From the NCBI GenBank assembly GCA_947073285.1, contig CAMTJT010000004.1, positions 7,525 to 71,524 of the forward strand: 64,000 bases of DNA. The letters run 5' to 3'. The notes below the pieces were generated by a model that was not told the DNA's origin, ran no database searches, and worked only from the letters and a program-made list of their open reading frames with translations. Below, one piece after another: positions 1 to 11,563 of the stretch. The stretch comes from an uncultured Clostridium sp. (GTDB taxonomy: Bacteria; Bacillota; Clostridia; TANB77; CAG-508). Within the stretch, counting starts at the first letter, position 1, and each line of letters starts with the position of its first letter. Both the position numbers and the translations under genes were made by a program.

Positions 1-1047
1 CTCATAGCTTTCGGTTTGCTTATCTGGATCTGCCTGTCTTGTTTTAATTGATGTAGCTTCATTTATTTGATGAGAGTTATTACTTCTTCCTCTTACCTCT
101 ATATCATGTGACAACCATTGTCCATTTCTTCCTTGTCTTGCTTCTTCTATATCTAGATAGCCATATTGGTCAAAATGAATTGCAATACGAATATCCATTA
201 TATCTGAATCTGCTGTATTTAAGCCTTTGGTTTGCATGACTTGATATGGCACTTGTTTTATAACAGGCTTTCCATCATTTCCTAAACTAACTGTTTCCTG
301 TCTTAAAGATGTATTAGAAGGCTCAATATATTTAGATGGTTGTATTTGTCCATTTTGGTCAATATACTCTGCTCTTATAACTCCACTTTCATCTTTTCTA
401 AAGTATAAATTTTGCTCTACATTTGGATGATCTTTATAAAAGTTACTAGTTTCTTTTAGCATTAAGATATTTCCTTCTGGCACTTTTGTTTTTTGAGCAA
501 TTTGTTTTCTTTGTTCTTGTTCTTTTTGTGTTTCTGTTTGATTTTCTGGTTCTTCTTGTTCTTCTACTCCACTTGTCCCTATTTCTTTTTTCTGTTTTTG
601 TCTTTGTATCGTTTGCTCTCTTTCTTCTTTAGTTAATATAATATCTTCTTTTTCTAACTCTTGTGGCAACACAAAATCTAAGTCTTCTAATTCTAACATC
701 TCTACATATTTTTCGTCTATTTGTTTTAAGCTTTCTATATATTCTGGCATAAAATGTAGCTTTCCTTGTGTATCTACTGTGGCAATTAAACTATTGGTAT
801 TAGCAGAATACAGTTCATAAGTAACACTATTTTCTTGTGTATTTACTATTTTAGCTACTAATACATCTTTTTCTGCTAGCCCACTTCCTTGAAATTCAAA
901 ATTTTGATAATAATTTACAGTTTCTACACTTATATTTTCGTTTCCTTGCTCTATTAAAGCATAAACTTCTAACATTTTTTGCTTTATTTCTCGCTCTTTT
1001 TCTATAGGACTTTTGGTGTTAATCTTATTTAAATTATTTTCTGGCAT
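1..1047 (-). CDS. Conjugative-element protein of unknown function; C-terminus cut by the window edge (349 codons visible)
   Basis: Absent from the ORF track because no stop lies in the window. I hand-translated 361-1047 and 1-36 from ATG 1047 (GGGAG 6 nt upstream), reading MPENNLNKINTKSPIEKEREIKQKMLEVYALIEQGNENISVETV... and ...QADPDKQTESYE at base 1; 37-360 was not checked codon by codon. E/Q/K-rich central linker. Confidence 0.6.
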   Translation of the reverse strand, partial: MPENNLNKINTKSPIEKEREIKQKMLEVYALIEQGNENISVETVNYYQNFEFQGSGLAEKDVLVAKIVNTQENSVTYELYSANTNSLIATVDTQGKLHFMPEYIESLKQIDEKYVEMLELEDLDFVLPQELEKEDIILTKEEREQTIQRQKQKKEIGTSGVEEQEEPENQTETQKEQEQRKQIAQKTKVPEGNILMLKETSNFYKDHPNVEQNLYFRKDESGVIRAEYIDQNGQIQPSKYIEPSNTSLRQETVSLGNDGKPVIKQVPYQVMQTKGLNTADSDIMDIRIAIHFDQYGYLDIEEARQGRNGQWLSHDIEVRGRSNNSHQINEATSIKTRQADPDKQTESYE

Positions 1048-1155
1048 TTTTTACTCCCATCTTTTCTAGTTTAGATTTTTCTAATTCTAAGAAGACAATA
1101 TCTTTGCTCAATGTTTCCTTATTTTTATCGTAACACGCCTATCCCTCACACGACA

Positions 1156-2511
1156 TTATTTGCTAAATGACATTACAAAGTCTGTTCCTTCTTTTAATTG
1201 CATTACAAATGTTTTAGTAACTGTATTCTTATTTTGACTTGTAGCATCACTAATAGTAATTTTATATAAATAATTATCTCCTTGTATTTCTGCCTCACTT
1301 GCAGCTAGTTTGTTTTGTTCAAAAAAGTTTGTTTTTATATAATTTTCAAATTGTTCTAGACTAGTAAAGTTATTTGCTTTAAAGGTATTATCTAGTTTAT
1401 GATAAGCATATTTATAGTCTTTATTATTAATTGCTTCAAAGAATTTTTGAATATTTAATAATACTTTTTGCTCAGCGGTAGCATTAGTATACTTTTCTTT
1501 AAATTCTGGTAAGTCTATTGTATAAGTATCTAATATAACTGCATATTGCATTGGTGCTGTTTCTTTAAATATATAATAATTACCATAATCGTCTATACAA
1601 ACATATTGCGTATAATCATTTTCCTGTGTTACTGCATATTTATTTAACCCTCTTTTTTTTAAGTTTGTAATATATTTTGCGTATTCTTCTTCTGTAGCAA
1701 AATCTTCTTGTTTTTTGATACTATAAATATCCATTGAAATAAGTTGTTCTTGCTTATTACTAATATATTGTTTATATTCTTGTAACCCTGCATATTTTGC
1801 CTTTTTATATTCTTCATCTAATGAACTATATGCTTTTTCTTGATCATGCAATGATTGATAAATATAGTTTTTAAAATACTTGGTTGCAATTTCTTCTTTG
1901 CTTAAGGTAATTTGTTTTAATTCATTAAATTGTGTTCTTTGAATTTTTCTTTCTTCTTTTTGTTTTGTTCCTTTTATTTTGCTTTCATATTCTTGTTTTG
2001 TTAATGGCTCTATTTTTATACTTAATGTACTTCTATCTACATAAACAATATTATATTGTTCTAACTTATTTTGTTTTTGTACAATTTCTCCATATGCATA
2101 ATAGATAGGATATAATTCACTCTCATTTACATATAGTTCATATAATTTAAACTCATAATCACTGCTTTCTATTTTAGGTAAATGATTTTTGATATTCTCT
2201 TCTGTAATTTGGTTATTACTAATATATTCTTGTGTTACTAGCTCATATAAAGCTTTTGCATTTCCTACTCTTAGATATAAACAATAATTTTGTAAGTTCT
2301 TCTCAATAGAAAAGAAGGTATTATAATCCTTTTCTGGTATGATTGTTGTTGCAATATCAACAGAAGTATCTGCTTCTCCTAGTGTGTCTTTATTTTGACT
2401 TCCTAATAGTCCTTGTTCTGACTTTTTAGTCAATAATACTATTAATAATATTCCTAATAATAGAATAATAAAAATAACTACAAAGATAATCCATTTTTTT
2501 ATGTTTTCCAA
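1156..2511 (-). CDS. Membrane-anchored conjugation accessory protein (possible VirB8/TcpC-like by position)
   Basis: 451-aa ORF. N-terminal TM helix (IIFVVIFIILLLGILLIVLL) followed by repeated modules of the NTF2-like lipoprotein style (FFEAINNKDYKYAYHKLDNTFK...). Lies directly downstream of the hydrolase, as Orf13 does in Tn916-type modules. The functional label is positional inference. Confidence 0.55.
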   Translation of the reverse strand: MENIKKWIIFVVIFIILLLGILLIVLLTKKSEQGLLGSQNKDTLGEADTSVDIATTIIPEKDYNTFFSIEKNLQNYCLYLRVGNAKALYELVTQEYISNNQITEENIKNHLPKIESSDYEFKLYELYVNESELYPIYYAYGEIVQKQNKLEQYNIVYVDRSTLSIKIEPLTKQEYESKIKGTKQKEERKIQRTQFNELKQITLSKEEIATKYFKNYIYQSLHDQEKAYSSLDEEYKKAKYAGLQEYKQYISNKQEQLISMDIYSIKKQEDFATEEEYAKYITNLKKRGLNKYAVTQENDYTQYVCIDDYGNYYIFKETAPMQYAVILDTYTIDLPEFKEKYTNATAEQKVLLNIQKFFEAINNKDYKYAYHKLDNTFKANNFTSLEQFENYIKTNFFEQNKLAASEAEIQGDNYLYKITISDATSQNKNTVTKTFVMQLKEGTDFVMSFSK

Positions 2512-2622
2512 GGTGTTTTCCTCCTTGTATCTATATTTAGGTTTTTAAACGGTTACCCATAAACCGCTCTATAACAATTATTATATTTTGTTATATTGCT
2601 ATTCTAAACTTTACTTTTATTT

Positions 2623-5445
2623 TTATTGACTTACCTTGATATAACAACATAATGATTTTAATACTTCATCAATGTTTTCCCAGCCATTTGATTTTCCTGA
2701 CCATGGATTTGATACATATACTTCATCTGCTGAATCATTAATATCTAATAATACCATCCAGTGTTGATTTGAAGTATATGGATTGTTATAACCATGTTTA
2801 GATCCTAAAACGTGGATAATAACAACATCTCCTGTTTTTAAGTGGTCTTGAATATCTTTTTTATTTGTACTTGCTACTATTGTATTGGCATGTTTCTCTT
2901 CTCCAATACTAATTCTCGTACTACCTCTAGCATACTGACCTGCTTGACTAGACATGCTTATTAATGATTTTCCAGCCCATTTTGCTGGTGTAAAGTCATA
3001 ACCATATCCACTTGTCATAATTGCTAAACAAGTAACACTACATCCTTGTGATTTAATAGTTCCATCTGAACCATATGGCATAGATGCCCATGGTCCTACA
3101 TTTTGTTTGTACTCTGTAAAAGTTTTTCCTGCTTTGTTAGTATATGTACTTAATTCTAATCCATCAATATCTACTACACCATTTGTTCCTGAACTGTTTT
3201 CTTCATATTTAAAGATTTGTGGTTCATTACTAGTTGTTCTTGTAATTGGTTTATTAGGTGCATAATCAAATCTGTTTAATTGTTCTTGTGTATAGTAAAT
3301 ATAACAAGATCTACCAAATACTGGTCCTGCACTAGATTGTGAGAAATCATAAATTCCTTTTACATAAGTTTCAAATGCTGCATCTCTCATAGGAATGTGA
3401 CCTGCTGCTCCTCCACCTAAAGCACACCACCAATTATCCCAAATAAAACGGTTATGTTCCCATGAATTGATTTCATATTGACCTGCTCCTGCTTCATATA
3501 CTTGTTTAAAAGTATAGCCGTTTCTAGTAGGCAAATAACCAAAATTGTAAATAATAGTAGTTAAAGCATAGAGTTGTTGCCTAGATAAATTCAAACCTGA
3601 AGTTGCATTTATTACTGAGTCATAATATGTTTTTTGGATTTCGTCTCCTATTTTATCTACTAACTCTTTTTCTACGTAAATTTGCATTTGATAAACTTCA
3701 TCATTTGTATATTCTGCTTCTGCACCTCTTGTTAAAAAACTATTTACATATTCTTCTACACTAGTAACAGTTGTTTCTTCACCATCTTTTAATACTCTTC
3801 CTGGCTCATTAAATTTACTATGATGTGATTTCCACTGAATATCTGCATTTCCTATTGTTGGCCAACCAACGCCATCTCCATACATCAAATAGTATTTTCC
3901 ATCTGCTGATTGTGGTGCTTGCGTAGAGTGTGAAAATTGCCTTAAATAACCAGATAAACTTGAATTTGAAATAGTATCAAATCCACCATTTGGCTCAAAT
4001 AAGCTTAGGTCTAATTCTGTTACTCCATAGTTTTTACCTGTACATAAGTATAATACATATCTCATAATATGTTCTACAGCTTGTGTTCTTTCATTGTTTT
4101 GTAGCATTTGTAATAAAATACCTGCTCCATTTACAATATCTCCAAGTGGAGCTTCTTTTCTATATGATTGTGGTAATTTATATGGTGTTTTTAGCATTTT
4201 TATTAGTTCTTCTGTTTTATCTTCTGGTTCTTTAATTATTCCTTGTTGATAGGTAGTATGGTTTGTTGTAATTTGTACAGATTGTTTTTGTTCTACTTTT
4301 CTAGTTCTTGTTCCTTCATAATGTCTAATAATACTTCCATCTGGCTCCTCTATTCTATTGACAAAAACAAAATCAAATTGCCCTTTTTCTTCATCTGGTA
4401 TTTGATTACTTGGTTCTGTATCTCCAATTTCTGTTGTAGTTGTGTTAACTACTTGATTATACGTATATTTTTGTGAAATAAACCATGTATCAATAGAAAT
4501 AATTTTTACAACTGGTGTTATAGTTGTTTGTGTTGTAGACTCTGTTTCTGTTTGTTCTTCTCCTACTGAGCTAACAGGTTCTGAATCTTCAGTTCTTATA
4601 TATTCTCCATCACTAGTATAGTACATATCTCTATCTATGGTTTCTGTTTCTATTTTATAGGTACGAGTTGTTGTTGTAATTTTTTCTTCTTGTTCATCCA
4701 TAACTCCAATTACAATTCTTGTTTCATTAATTACTTTATCTGCCAACGCTCTTACAAACTCAGGGTTTTCTGTAATAATTGCTAAATCTAGTAAAAATTC
4801 TACTGGCATTATATATGGTAATAATTGATTTTTATAGTTTAGTTTTTGTATATTGACTTGTTGGGTTGCATTTCCTTGTTCATCAGTGGTTGTTTTAGTA
4901 CTAGCAATACATAATTTATCCCCATCTATAGAAAAATATTTTAAAATTTCGTCTGCTCCTAAAGCTTGAAATTGATCAAATGGAATATAAATTAAATCTT
5001 CTAAATTTTCTGTTGAATCTTTTACTTTTTTAACATATACTCTACCATAATATTTATCTTGTACTTCTGGTGTTCCTCTATTAATCTCTTGAGTTACTAC
5101 TTCTGCTGCATATATTTTTTTTAAGTCTTCTGTTGTTAAATGAATTTTTTCTTTGCTTGTTCCTAAATCAGCTAACATTTTTTCTAAAATTGCTACTTGT
5201 TCTTCTTCTATTAAAATGGAGTCATCTGTAGCATTGTATTTTACAGGATTTTTCTTCATGTGTTCTCCTGTTTTTTTGGAAAATTGATCCATTAAGGCAT
5301 CATAAGATGACACTAAACTAACAATAATGATTGCCATAACTACTCCTACAATCATTAGTTTTTTTAGTGGTTTTTTCAGTATTGTTGTTACTGTCTTTTT
5401 TGCCTTTTTTAATCCTTCCATTAATTTTTCTCTAAAATTATCCAT
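2623..5445 (-). CDS. Bifunctional peptidoglycan hydrolase of the conjugation apparatus (lysozyme-like region plus C-terminal Cys/His peptidase)
   Basis: 940-aa ORF with an N-terminal TM anchor. Central YGDGVGWPTIGNADIQW region. C-terminal papain-like signature QGCSVTCLAIMTSGYG ... QHWMVLLD (NlpC/P60- or C39-like). Positional equivalent of Tn916 Orf14 / TcpG / CwlT. Confidence 0.8.
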   Translation of the reverse strand: MDNFREKLMEGLKKAKKTVTTILKKPLKKLMIVGVVMAIIIVSLVSSYDALMDQFSKKTGEHMKKNPVKYNATDDSILIEEEQVAILEKMLADLGTSKEKIHLTTEDLKKIYAAEVVTQEINRGTPEVQDKYYGRVYVKKVKDSTENLEDLIYIPFDQFQALGADEILKYFSIDGDKLCIASTKTTTDEQGNATQQVNIQKLNYKNQLLPYIMPVEFLLDLAIITENPEFVRALADKVINETRIVIGVMDEQEEKITTTTRTYKIETETIDRDMYYTSDGEYIRTEDSEPVSSVGEEQTETESTTQTTITPVVKIISIDTWFISQKYTYNQVVNTTTTEIGDTEPSNQIPDEEKGQFDFVFVNRIEEPDGSIIRHYEGTRTRKVEQKQSVQITTNHTTYQQGIIKEPEDKTEELIKMLKTPYKLPQSYRKEAPLGDIVNGAGILLQMLQNNERTQAVEHIMRYVLYLCTGKNYGVTELDLSLFEPNGGFDTISNSSLSGYLRQFSHSTQAPQSADGKYYLMYGDGVGWPTIGNADIQWKSHHSKFNEPGRVLKDGEETTVTSVEEYVNSFLTRGAEAEYTNDEVYQMQIYVEKELVDKIGDEIQKTYYDSVINATSGLNLSRQQLYALTTIIYNFGYLPTRNGYTFKQVYEAGAGQYEINSWEHNRFIWDNWWCALGGGAAGHIPMRDAAFETYVKGIYDFSQSSAGPVFGRSCYIYYTQEQLNRFDYAPNKPITRTTSNEPQIFKYEENSSGTNGVVDIDGLELSTYTNKAGKTFTEYKQNVGPWASMPYGSDGTIKSQGCSVTCLAIMTSGYGYDFTPAKWAGKSLISMSSQAGQYARGSTRISIGEEKHANTIVASTNKKDIQDHLKTGDVVIIHVLGSKHGYNNPYTSNQHWMVLLDINDSADEVYVSNPWSGKSNGWENIDEVLKSLCCYIKVSQ

Positions 5446-5498
5446 TTTTTCGTATTTGCTAATTTAGGTTATTAGCTAATTCTCCTTTTTTACTTTTA

Positions 5499-6473
5499 TT
5501 ACAAATCAATACGCATACCTAATGTTTGTGCCTCTTGTCCTGTTAAAGTTTGGTCATAATTTGTTACTATATCTAAAAATTCAATGGCATCTACTTTTCT
5601 TTCTTCATTGTACATTTTACTAAATTTAATATTTAATATCGTAGTTGCTTGTGGCCTTACTATTAGGTTTTGAATTGCTTGTTCGTCCATATTAGATGGA
5701 TATTGTACTTTTTTTTCATCTATCATATATACTCTTTGTTCCCTTGATACTAAGATAGTTTGATTTGTTTGATTTGTAATTTGTATTTGATATATTTCAT
5801 ACTCTGTATATGCTTGTTTTTGTAATAATTTCATATAGATAGAATTTGAATCTACTGTTTTATCTAATACTTCTTTATATAAAAATTTATTAATGCTTAA
5901 TTTATCTTCTTTTTCTTGTTTAGTTATTCTAATATAGTCTTGTAAAACATTATTACTAGTATTTCCGCCATTTGCTAAGACATCTGTTAAGTAACTTACT
6001 TTGTAAATTCCATCTTCATACATACTTTGTTCTACTTTAGCTGTTCTTTTTTCACCAAAGACTTGATTTACATAGTTTTGCCTAAAGTCATTTATTGTTG
6101 GATATAGCACTTGTTTACAATCGTTAGTAAGCATATTGTAAGCTTCTTCTATTTGATTTTGATTACAATATTGTGCAAATTGATTAATTAAATTTTGTGC
6201 TGTTTTACGATATTGTTCTTTTATATAACTACTACTGTTATTACTTGGTTCTGTATTGGTCTGTTGTACTTGATTTTCTTGCCCCACACCATTTGCTTGT
6301 CCATTTTGCAACTGCTTATTTGTTTCTTCTGTTGGTTGTTGCCACATTTTTTGTTTACTACTTCTAATGAGTCCAAAAATAACTTGTAATAGAATAACAA
6401 AGAAGGCTACTATGATAATAACTGCCCATATTGTTTTCCTATTTTGGTTATACTTTCTAAACAGATTATTCAT
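5499..6473 (-). CDS. Membrane-anchored conjugation accessory protein, unknown function
   Basis: 324-aa ORF. N-terminal TM helix (IWAVIIIVAFFVILLQVIFGLI), Q/N-rich linker, then a globular domain with an NTF2-like style motif (FAQYCNQNQIEEAYNMLTNDCKQVL). Confidence 0.55.
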   Translation of the reverse strand: MNNLFRKYNQNRKTIWAVIIIVAFFVILLQVIFGLIRSSKQKMWQQPTEETNKQLQNGQANGVGQENQVQQTNTEPSNNSSSYIKEQYRKTAQNLINQFAQYCNQNQIEEAYNMLTNDCKQVLYPTINDFRQNYVNQVFGEKRTAKVEQSMYEDGIYKVSYLTDVLANGGNTSNNVLQDYIRITKQEKEDKLSINKFLYKEVLDKTVDSNSIYMKLLQKQAYTEYEIYQIQITNQTNQTILVSREQRVYMIDEKKVQYPSNMDEQAIQNLIVRPQATTILNIKFSKMYNEERKVDAIEFLDIVTNYDQTLTGQEAQTLGMRIDL

Positions 6474-6542
6474 TTTGTAGCCTCCTATTATATTAAACTA
6501 TTTCTTATACTGTAATTTTCTTATCATATAGATTTCCTGTTT

Positions 6543-9500
6543 CTACGATACTGTCCATTTCTTGATTTTTCTAATTCCGTCTACATATTTTTCTGTATTT
6601 TCTTTTGAGAAACCTCTTCTTTCTAGTGCTTCTCTTGTTATCTTTAAGTCTCTCTTGCTTTCTACATCAGATGCTAAACTTGCAAGTAGTAATTTCTCAT
6701 CTGTTACATATCCTGAACCAAATTTACCATCATCAGCTTTCATAGCTTTTGTAATAACTTTATCATCTGTAATTCCTAATTCTCTATATTTCATAGCATC
6801 TCTTCTCATGATTTGTTGTGCTTCTTTTGCAGATACTCCTAATTTATCTTGATAGTATTTTCTCTTTTCTCTATCTCTTACAAATCTAGCATCTGCTTGT
6901 GCATTTTGTCTTGCTTCGATTTCATCTTCTGTATGAGTTGCTGCATATTGTGCTTCTATAGCATCATCTATTCTAGAAGAAATACCTTTTGTTCCTTCTA
7001 ATGAACGGGTAATTCCTGTTCCTGCTGCTAAACCTGCACCAGCACCTCCTAATGCCCATTTTCCAAAGTTTGAAAAATCATCTGATACTAATGCTGCTGT
7101 ACCTCCTGCTATTGCTCCTGCTCCTATTAATGTACCTTTGACTGCTGCTTTTCCAATTGCTTTTCCTGCTCTTGGTGCTACATAAGCAATACCATTTCCA
7201 AGTGATTTTGCACCTTTAGCAACATAACCTTTTGCAGTTTGTGCATGTTTTGCTAAACTAATACCAGTATTACTTGCTGCTCTTCTAAATGCTGCACTAG
7301 TATTATTTCTATAGGCGTTATATATTCCTTGTTTTGCTTTTCCTACACCTTTATCAATTTGCCCTGCTGTCCAATCTTTTGCTGCACCTAGTCCCTTAGC
7401 AGTGTAACGGATTGGTGCTGTAGCTATACCTCCTGCTGTTTTAGCAAATCCTCCAATTGCTCTAACTCCTCTTTGTGCTTTGCTACCATCATATTTATTT
7501 TTTGCCCAGTTTGCAAAATAGCCACCTAAACCTTGGTTATATCCTGCTTCATCTGGATATTGTTCTCCTACCATATCAAAAATTTCATCTTCGTCAAATC
7601 CCGCATTTCTTAAAGACTCTGCATATTCCTCTGGTGACATACCTTGTTGTGAATTCTGTTGATTTTGTGCTCTTTCTAATGCCTCTCTTTGTGCATTATC
7701 TATTTCATCGTTTTCTATGTCTGCTTCTAGCATTCTTCTTTGCATGTCTTCTGCATTAGCTGGTGGCTCTGGAGGTGTATTTTCTTCATTGTTTCCTCCG
7801 CTTCTACCACTTAAGTCTGGTCCTCCATCTGGTCCTCCTCTTGAGCCTCCATTTGAATTGTTGTTAGAGCCACCATCGTTACCACCCTCTGGTGCACCTC
7901 CACCAACTCTATCAAATAAGTCATCTGAGTTTTTCCCCTTATCTGCTGTTCTATTACTAGATGGTAATTTCTTATTATCTTCTTTACCACCTCTTTGATT
8001 TTTGCCACCTCTTCCAAGCATTTTTCCTAGGGCATTAACTCCTTGCATTGCTAAAGCTCCACCTAAAGCTGAGCCTCCTGCAACAGTTGATGCTTTGTCA
8101 AATCCAAAGAATTTACGTAGTAGCTTTTCTGCTTGTAAAATAAATCCTAAAGCAACTAAACCATAAATAAGGTTATCCATTACTAAATCTAATGCTGTTC
8201 CCATTAATACAGTATAAATTACTAAATGTACTGGTTGAATTAGTAAGTTATAGATATATTCTTTTAACCATGTATTAAAGCCTTGTGCACTACCATCTTT
8301 GATTTTATCAAGTGGATAAGTCATTGCCATTAATGGTGCAATAATGGTTAAGAAAGTAAGCATCATTAATCTTTTTAAATAGCGGAATAAGAACAGTACT
8401 GTATATATAACTAATGCTAAATAGATAATTGTGTAACCAAATTGTCTCATTAATACATCATCATCAGACATTGCCTGTGGTTCTAATTGGAGTTCTATTC
8501 TTGCTTTTCCCATCATATTAGATGGCCATACTAATAGTTTATCTCCTGTTTCTGTATCATCTATAATAGCACCTGCCTTCATCATCGCTTCAGAAATACT
8601 ACCTGAATCACCTGAAAAGACTTTACTTCCATCATCAAATTCATATTCGTTTAAGTCTCTACTATCTCCTTCTCCTTCATTTCCAACAGATCCACCAGAA
8701 GAACCAATAATAATTCCATATTCATCATTCATTGGCACAATGGCTTTTGTAATTTCTTCTGTAATAGTAACTGCAAATGCCATAATATAGTGCATGAAAA
8801 ATAGTAAACACATAGCAACTAGCCAATCTAGTAAACGTTGTTTGTATTTTGCTTTATCTTCTGCACTACTACTAATTAAAATTCTAATTCCTACATAGAC
8901 TAGAATAGATAGTAAAGCTACAATTGCTAAGTTTCTAAGTGCATAATACCATGTAGATACAATTGGTTGAAGAGTAAGAGCACTTGATTTTTGTTCTACT
9001 GCTTGCCCATCTATTGTTGTAGTATCTTCGTATTTATTGGGGTTAAAAAAGTTAACATCTAATAAAGCAACTTTGTTTTTAAAGATTTCTTCTGGACTAA
9101 TTGCAAATACTGGCATCTGCAATTTTTCTGGTAAAGCTTTGGACGAAAGATAGGTTGCTGCCATTCCTGTACCAATAGATACTGTAGCTGTTACTAGTAT
9201 TAGTTTAATACCTGCTACTACTGCTGCTAAACTAACTCCTCCTGAAAATGGAGCTCCTGCTAAACCTATTGCAATTGCTACCGCTCCACCTATAACTCCT
9301 GCCAGTGTTCCGAATGACTGCTGGTAACCAATCTTTATCATACCTTATTGTTACAAATGAAGCATCCATTCCAAACAAAATAGATTGCACCAGTGTGATA
9401 ATTCCATCTGCAACAACTAATAATAAATCTTTAATTGGTTCAAATAGAATTCCTCCTGCTGTTGAAGCTGCTGATGCTGCTAAGGAGAGATTGGGTGATA

Positions 9501-9576
9501 TAAAATTAAATAATATTACAAATACGACAGCTAGAATTATTTTTTGCGTAATTGTTTTTCCTGTCAAGAACTTCAT
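6543..9576 (-). pseudogene. VirB6/TcpH-like polytopic mating-channel protein, reading frame broken near its 5' end (two ORFs 9232..9576 and 6543..9341)
   Basis: The 114-aa ORF supplies the signal peptide and first hydrophobic segments. The 932-aa ORF supplies multiple TM helices, a G/N/S-rich linker and an A/G/K-rich tail. The 932-aa frame has TAA two codons upstream of its ATG and no SD. Skipping the C of ATT-CGG-AAC (9312-9310) joins the frames as ...YDKDWLPAVI|GTLAGVIGGAVAIAIG... Confidence 0.7.
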
Positions 9577-9577
9577 A

Positions 9578-11563
9578 TTATCCTCCTAAATAGGTTTGTC
9601 TTACATTTTTGTTTTTCATCTGTGCTATTTTGTTTAAGTTTGTTTCTACAAACTCAAATTCTTTTGCGGTTGGTTGGATTTGGATAATAGCACTATCTGC
9701 TCCAACTTTTAATAGTCCTTCTCCTTTGAAACAAGTAATTAAAAAGTCTGATTCTCCTTCACTTAGTTTGAATACTTCTTTTAAGTACTGTATTTCTGAT
9801 TTATCTTGTGCTAAAAATAGCTTTGTATCTGATGAAGTAAGTACTGCCTGTGCTTCTGGTTTTTCATAAAAGTCTTGAAACCTTTGTGAAATAATGGCAA
9901 GTGATACATTTCTTTTTCTGGCACGTCTTGCCATGGTGTTTAAGAAATCTACTGCTTCTGGATATGGTAATAGCATCCATGCTTCGTCGACTAATACCCT
10001 CTTTTTAGCAGCTTTACTTCTATCTTCACTGTTTTTCTTTACGTATTTTTCCCATATCCATGCAAGTAATATTTGTTGTGCTAAAGGTCTTGCAAACCTT
10101 TCTTCTAACCCTGATATGTCTAAGTTAATAAATAGTGTTCCATCTAATAGGTCAAAAGTAGATTGTCCATCAAAATAGGCCATTTGCCCATCATATTCTC
10201 TAATGTATTGTTTCATAACTTTTAGTAAATAACTATAATGGAAACTATAATCTGGGTTTGTATTTGATGCTGCCTTTTCTTGTATTCTTTTATACCATGA
10301 ACCAATGGTTGGCATTTTTTTCTTTTCTTTTCCTAACATATTACCTGATATTGTCTCACTTGATGCTGCATATAAACTGTTTGGGTCTGAGGTAATACCA
10401 TGTGCTGCATATTCTTCTGATACTGATTCTGCTATAATTTGTTTGGTAAGTTCGTTTACTTCTTGGCTTCTGGTACTACCTCTTGCCATAGTAAGTAAGG
10501 CTTGTGTTACGTCTTCTACTTTGTTTTCTACACTAAGAACTAATCTATCTCTACCTGTAATTTCATCTTTTACTACTTCTGTTTCAATATCAAATATATT
10601 AATAACTGTTTTAGAGGTTGGTGATAATACTACATTAATACCACCTAAGCTTTCTGCTACAATGCTATACTCTCCTTCTGCATCTAGTGCTAAACTTTGT
10701 ATTCCCATAAGTACTGCACTGCGTGAGATTAATGTTTTCATGGTAACTGATTTACCAGCACCAGATTTTGCAAAGATTACCATGTTATAATTGGTAAGTG
10801 AGTTATGGAAGTTATCAAATAAAATTGGCACTCCCGTTTGTTTATTGATTCCAAGTGGTATTCCTGTTGGATGCCCTACCTCTGAAGTTGTAAATGGAAA
10901 TACAGTTCCCATAGATCTACGATCAAAGGTATGTGTTTTTTTGATTTTATCTTCCATAAGTGGAAGGTTTGATTGAAATGCATCTTCTTGCATTGCCCAT
11001 GCACTTTTTACATTGACTAATGATTTTGACATTTCTGTTGCTAGTAATTTTGTGTATTTGTCTAAATCATCTAAACTGTAGGCAAATAAGGTTGCTACAA
11101 TAGATGCCTCATATAGTTTGTTATAACCTGCTGCTATTTCATCTCTTAATTGTTCTGCTTCTAGCCTTTTTTGCCCTAAGGTACTTTCTCTATTGATGTT
11201 TCCTCTATCTGCTGCCACTATTCTTTCTGTTTCTAGTTCGTTAATGACTCTGTTTAATTCATTTTGTGATCTTGATTCTTGTATTGGATTAATGTAAATA
11301 GAGGTATTAATATCTCCAAATAGGTACATATCTCTAAATAGTTCTGGGAAAGTACACATTCTTGGCAAGCTTGATACGAAAAAGCTTCTTGCATATCTTG
11401 TAACATTTGATATGATTTCTAAGTGATCGATATTGCTAGTATCTACCCCAGATGGTGCAATTAATTCTTTAATGGTTTTCTTTTTTAATATTTTATATTC
11501 ATCTGGTTTTGTATAATCATTATGCTGTAACCCTGCTTCTTTCATTTTGCTTTTCTTGCTCAT
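9578..11563 (-). CDS. VirB4-family conjugal transfer ATPase (TraE/PrgJ/TcpF/Orf16-like)
   Basis: 661-aa ORF. Walker A FAKSGAGKSVTMKTLI, Walker B RVLVDEAWMLL, and the typical N-terminal VirB4 domain of Gram-positive systems. Confidence 0.9.
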   Translation of the reverse strand: MSKKSKMKEAGLQHNDYTKPDEYKILKKKTIKELIAPSGVDTSNIDHLEIISNVTRYARSFFVSSLPRMCTFPELFRDMYLFGDINTSIYINPIQESRSQNELNRVINELETERIVAADRGNINRESTLGQKRLEAEQLRDEIAAGYNKLYEASIVATLFAYSLDDLDKYTKLLATEMSKSLVNVKSAWAMQEDAFQSNLPLMEDKIKKTHTFDRRSMGTVFPFTTSEVGHPTGIPLGINKQTGVPILFDNFHNSLTNYNMVIFAKSGAGKSVTMKTLISRSAVLMGIQSLALDAEGEYSIVAESLGGINVVLSPTSKTVINIFDIETEVVKDEITGRDRLVLSVENKVEDVTQALLTMARGSTRSQEVNELTKQIIAESVSEEYAAHGITSDPNSLYAASSETISGNMLGKEKKKMPTIGSWYKRIQEKAASNTNPDYSFHYSYLLKVMKQYIREYDGQMAYFDGQSTFDLLDGTLFINLDISGLEERFARPLAQQILLAWIWEKYVKKNSEDRSKAAKKRVLVDEAWMLLPYPEAVDFLNTMARRARKRNVSLAIISQRFQDFYEKPEAQAVLTSSDTKLFLAQDKSEIQYLKEVFKLSEGESDFLITCFKGEGLLKVGADSAIIQIQPTAKEFEFVETNLNKIAQMKNKNVRQTYLGG

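Noticed and set aside
10305-10790. Plus-strand ORFs in the track that lie entirely inside longer minus-strand genes (for example 4243..4476, 6562..6852, 7717..7998, 10305..10790, 30197..30643, 48973..49428, 53205..53609)
   Set aside because: They are antisense shadows of well-supported genes. Their translations are F/L/S/I-rich low-complexity strings without SD sequences or motifs, which is typical of the complementary strand of AT-rich coding DNA.
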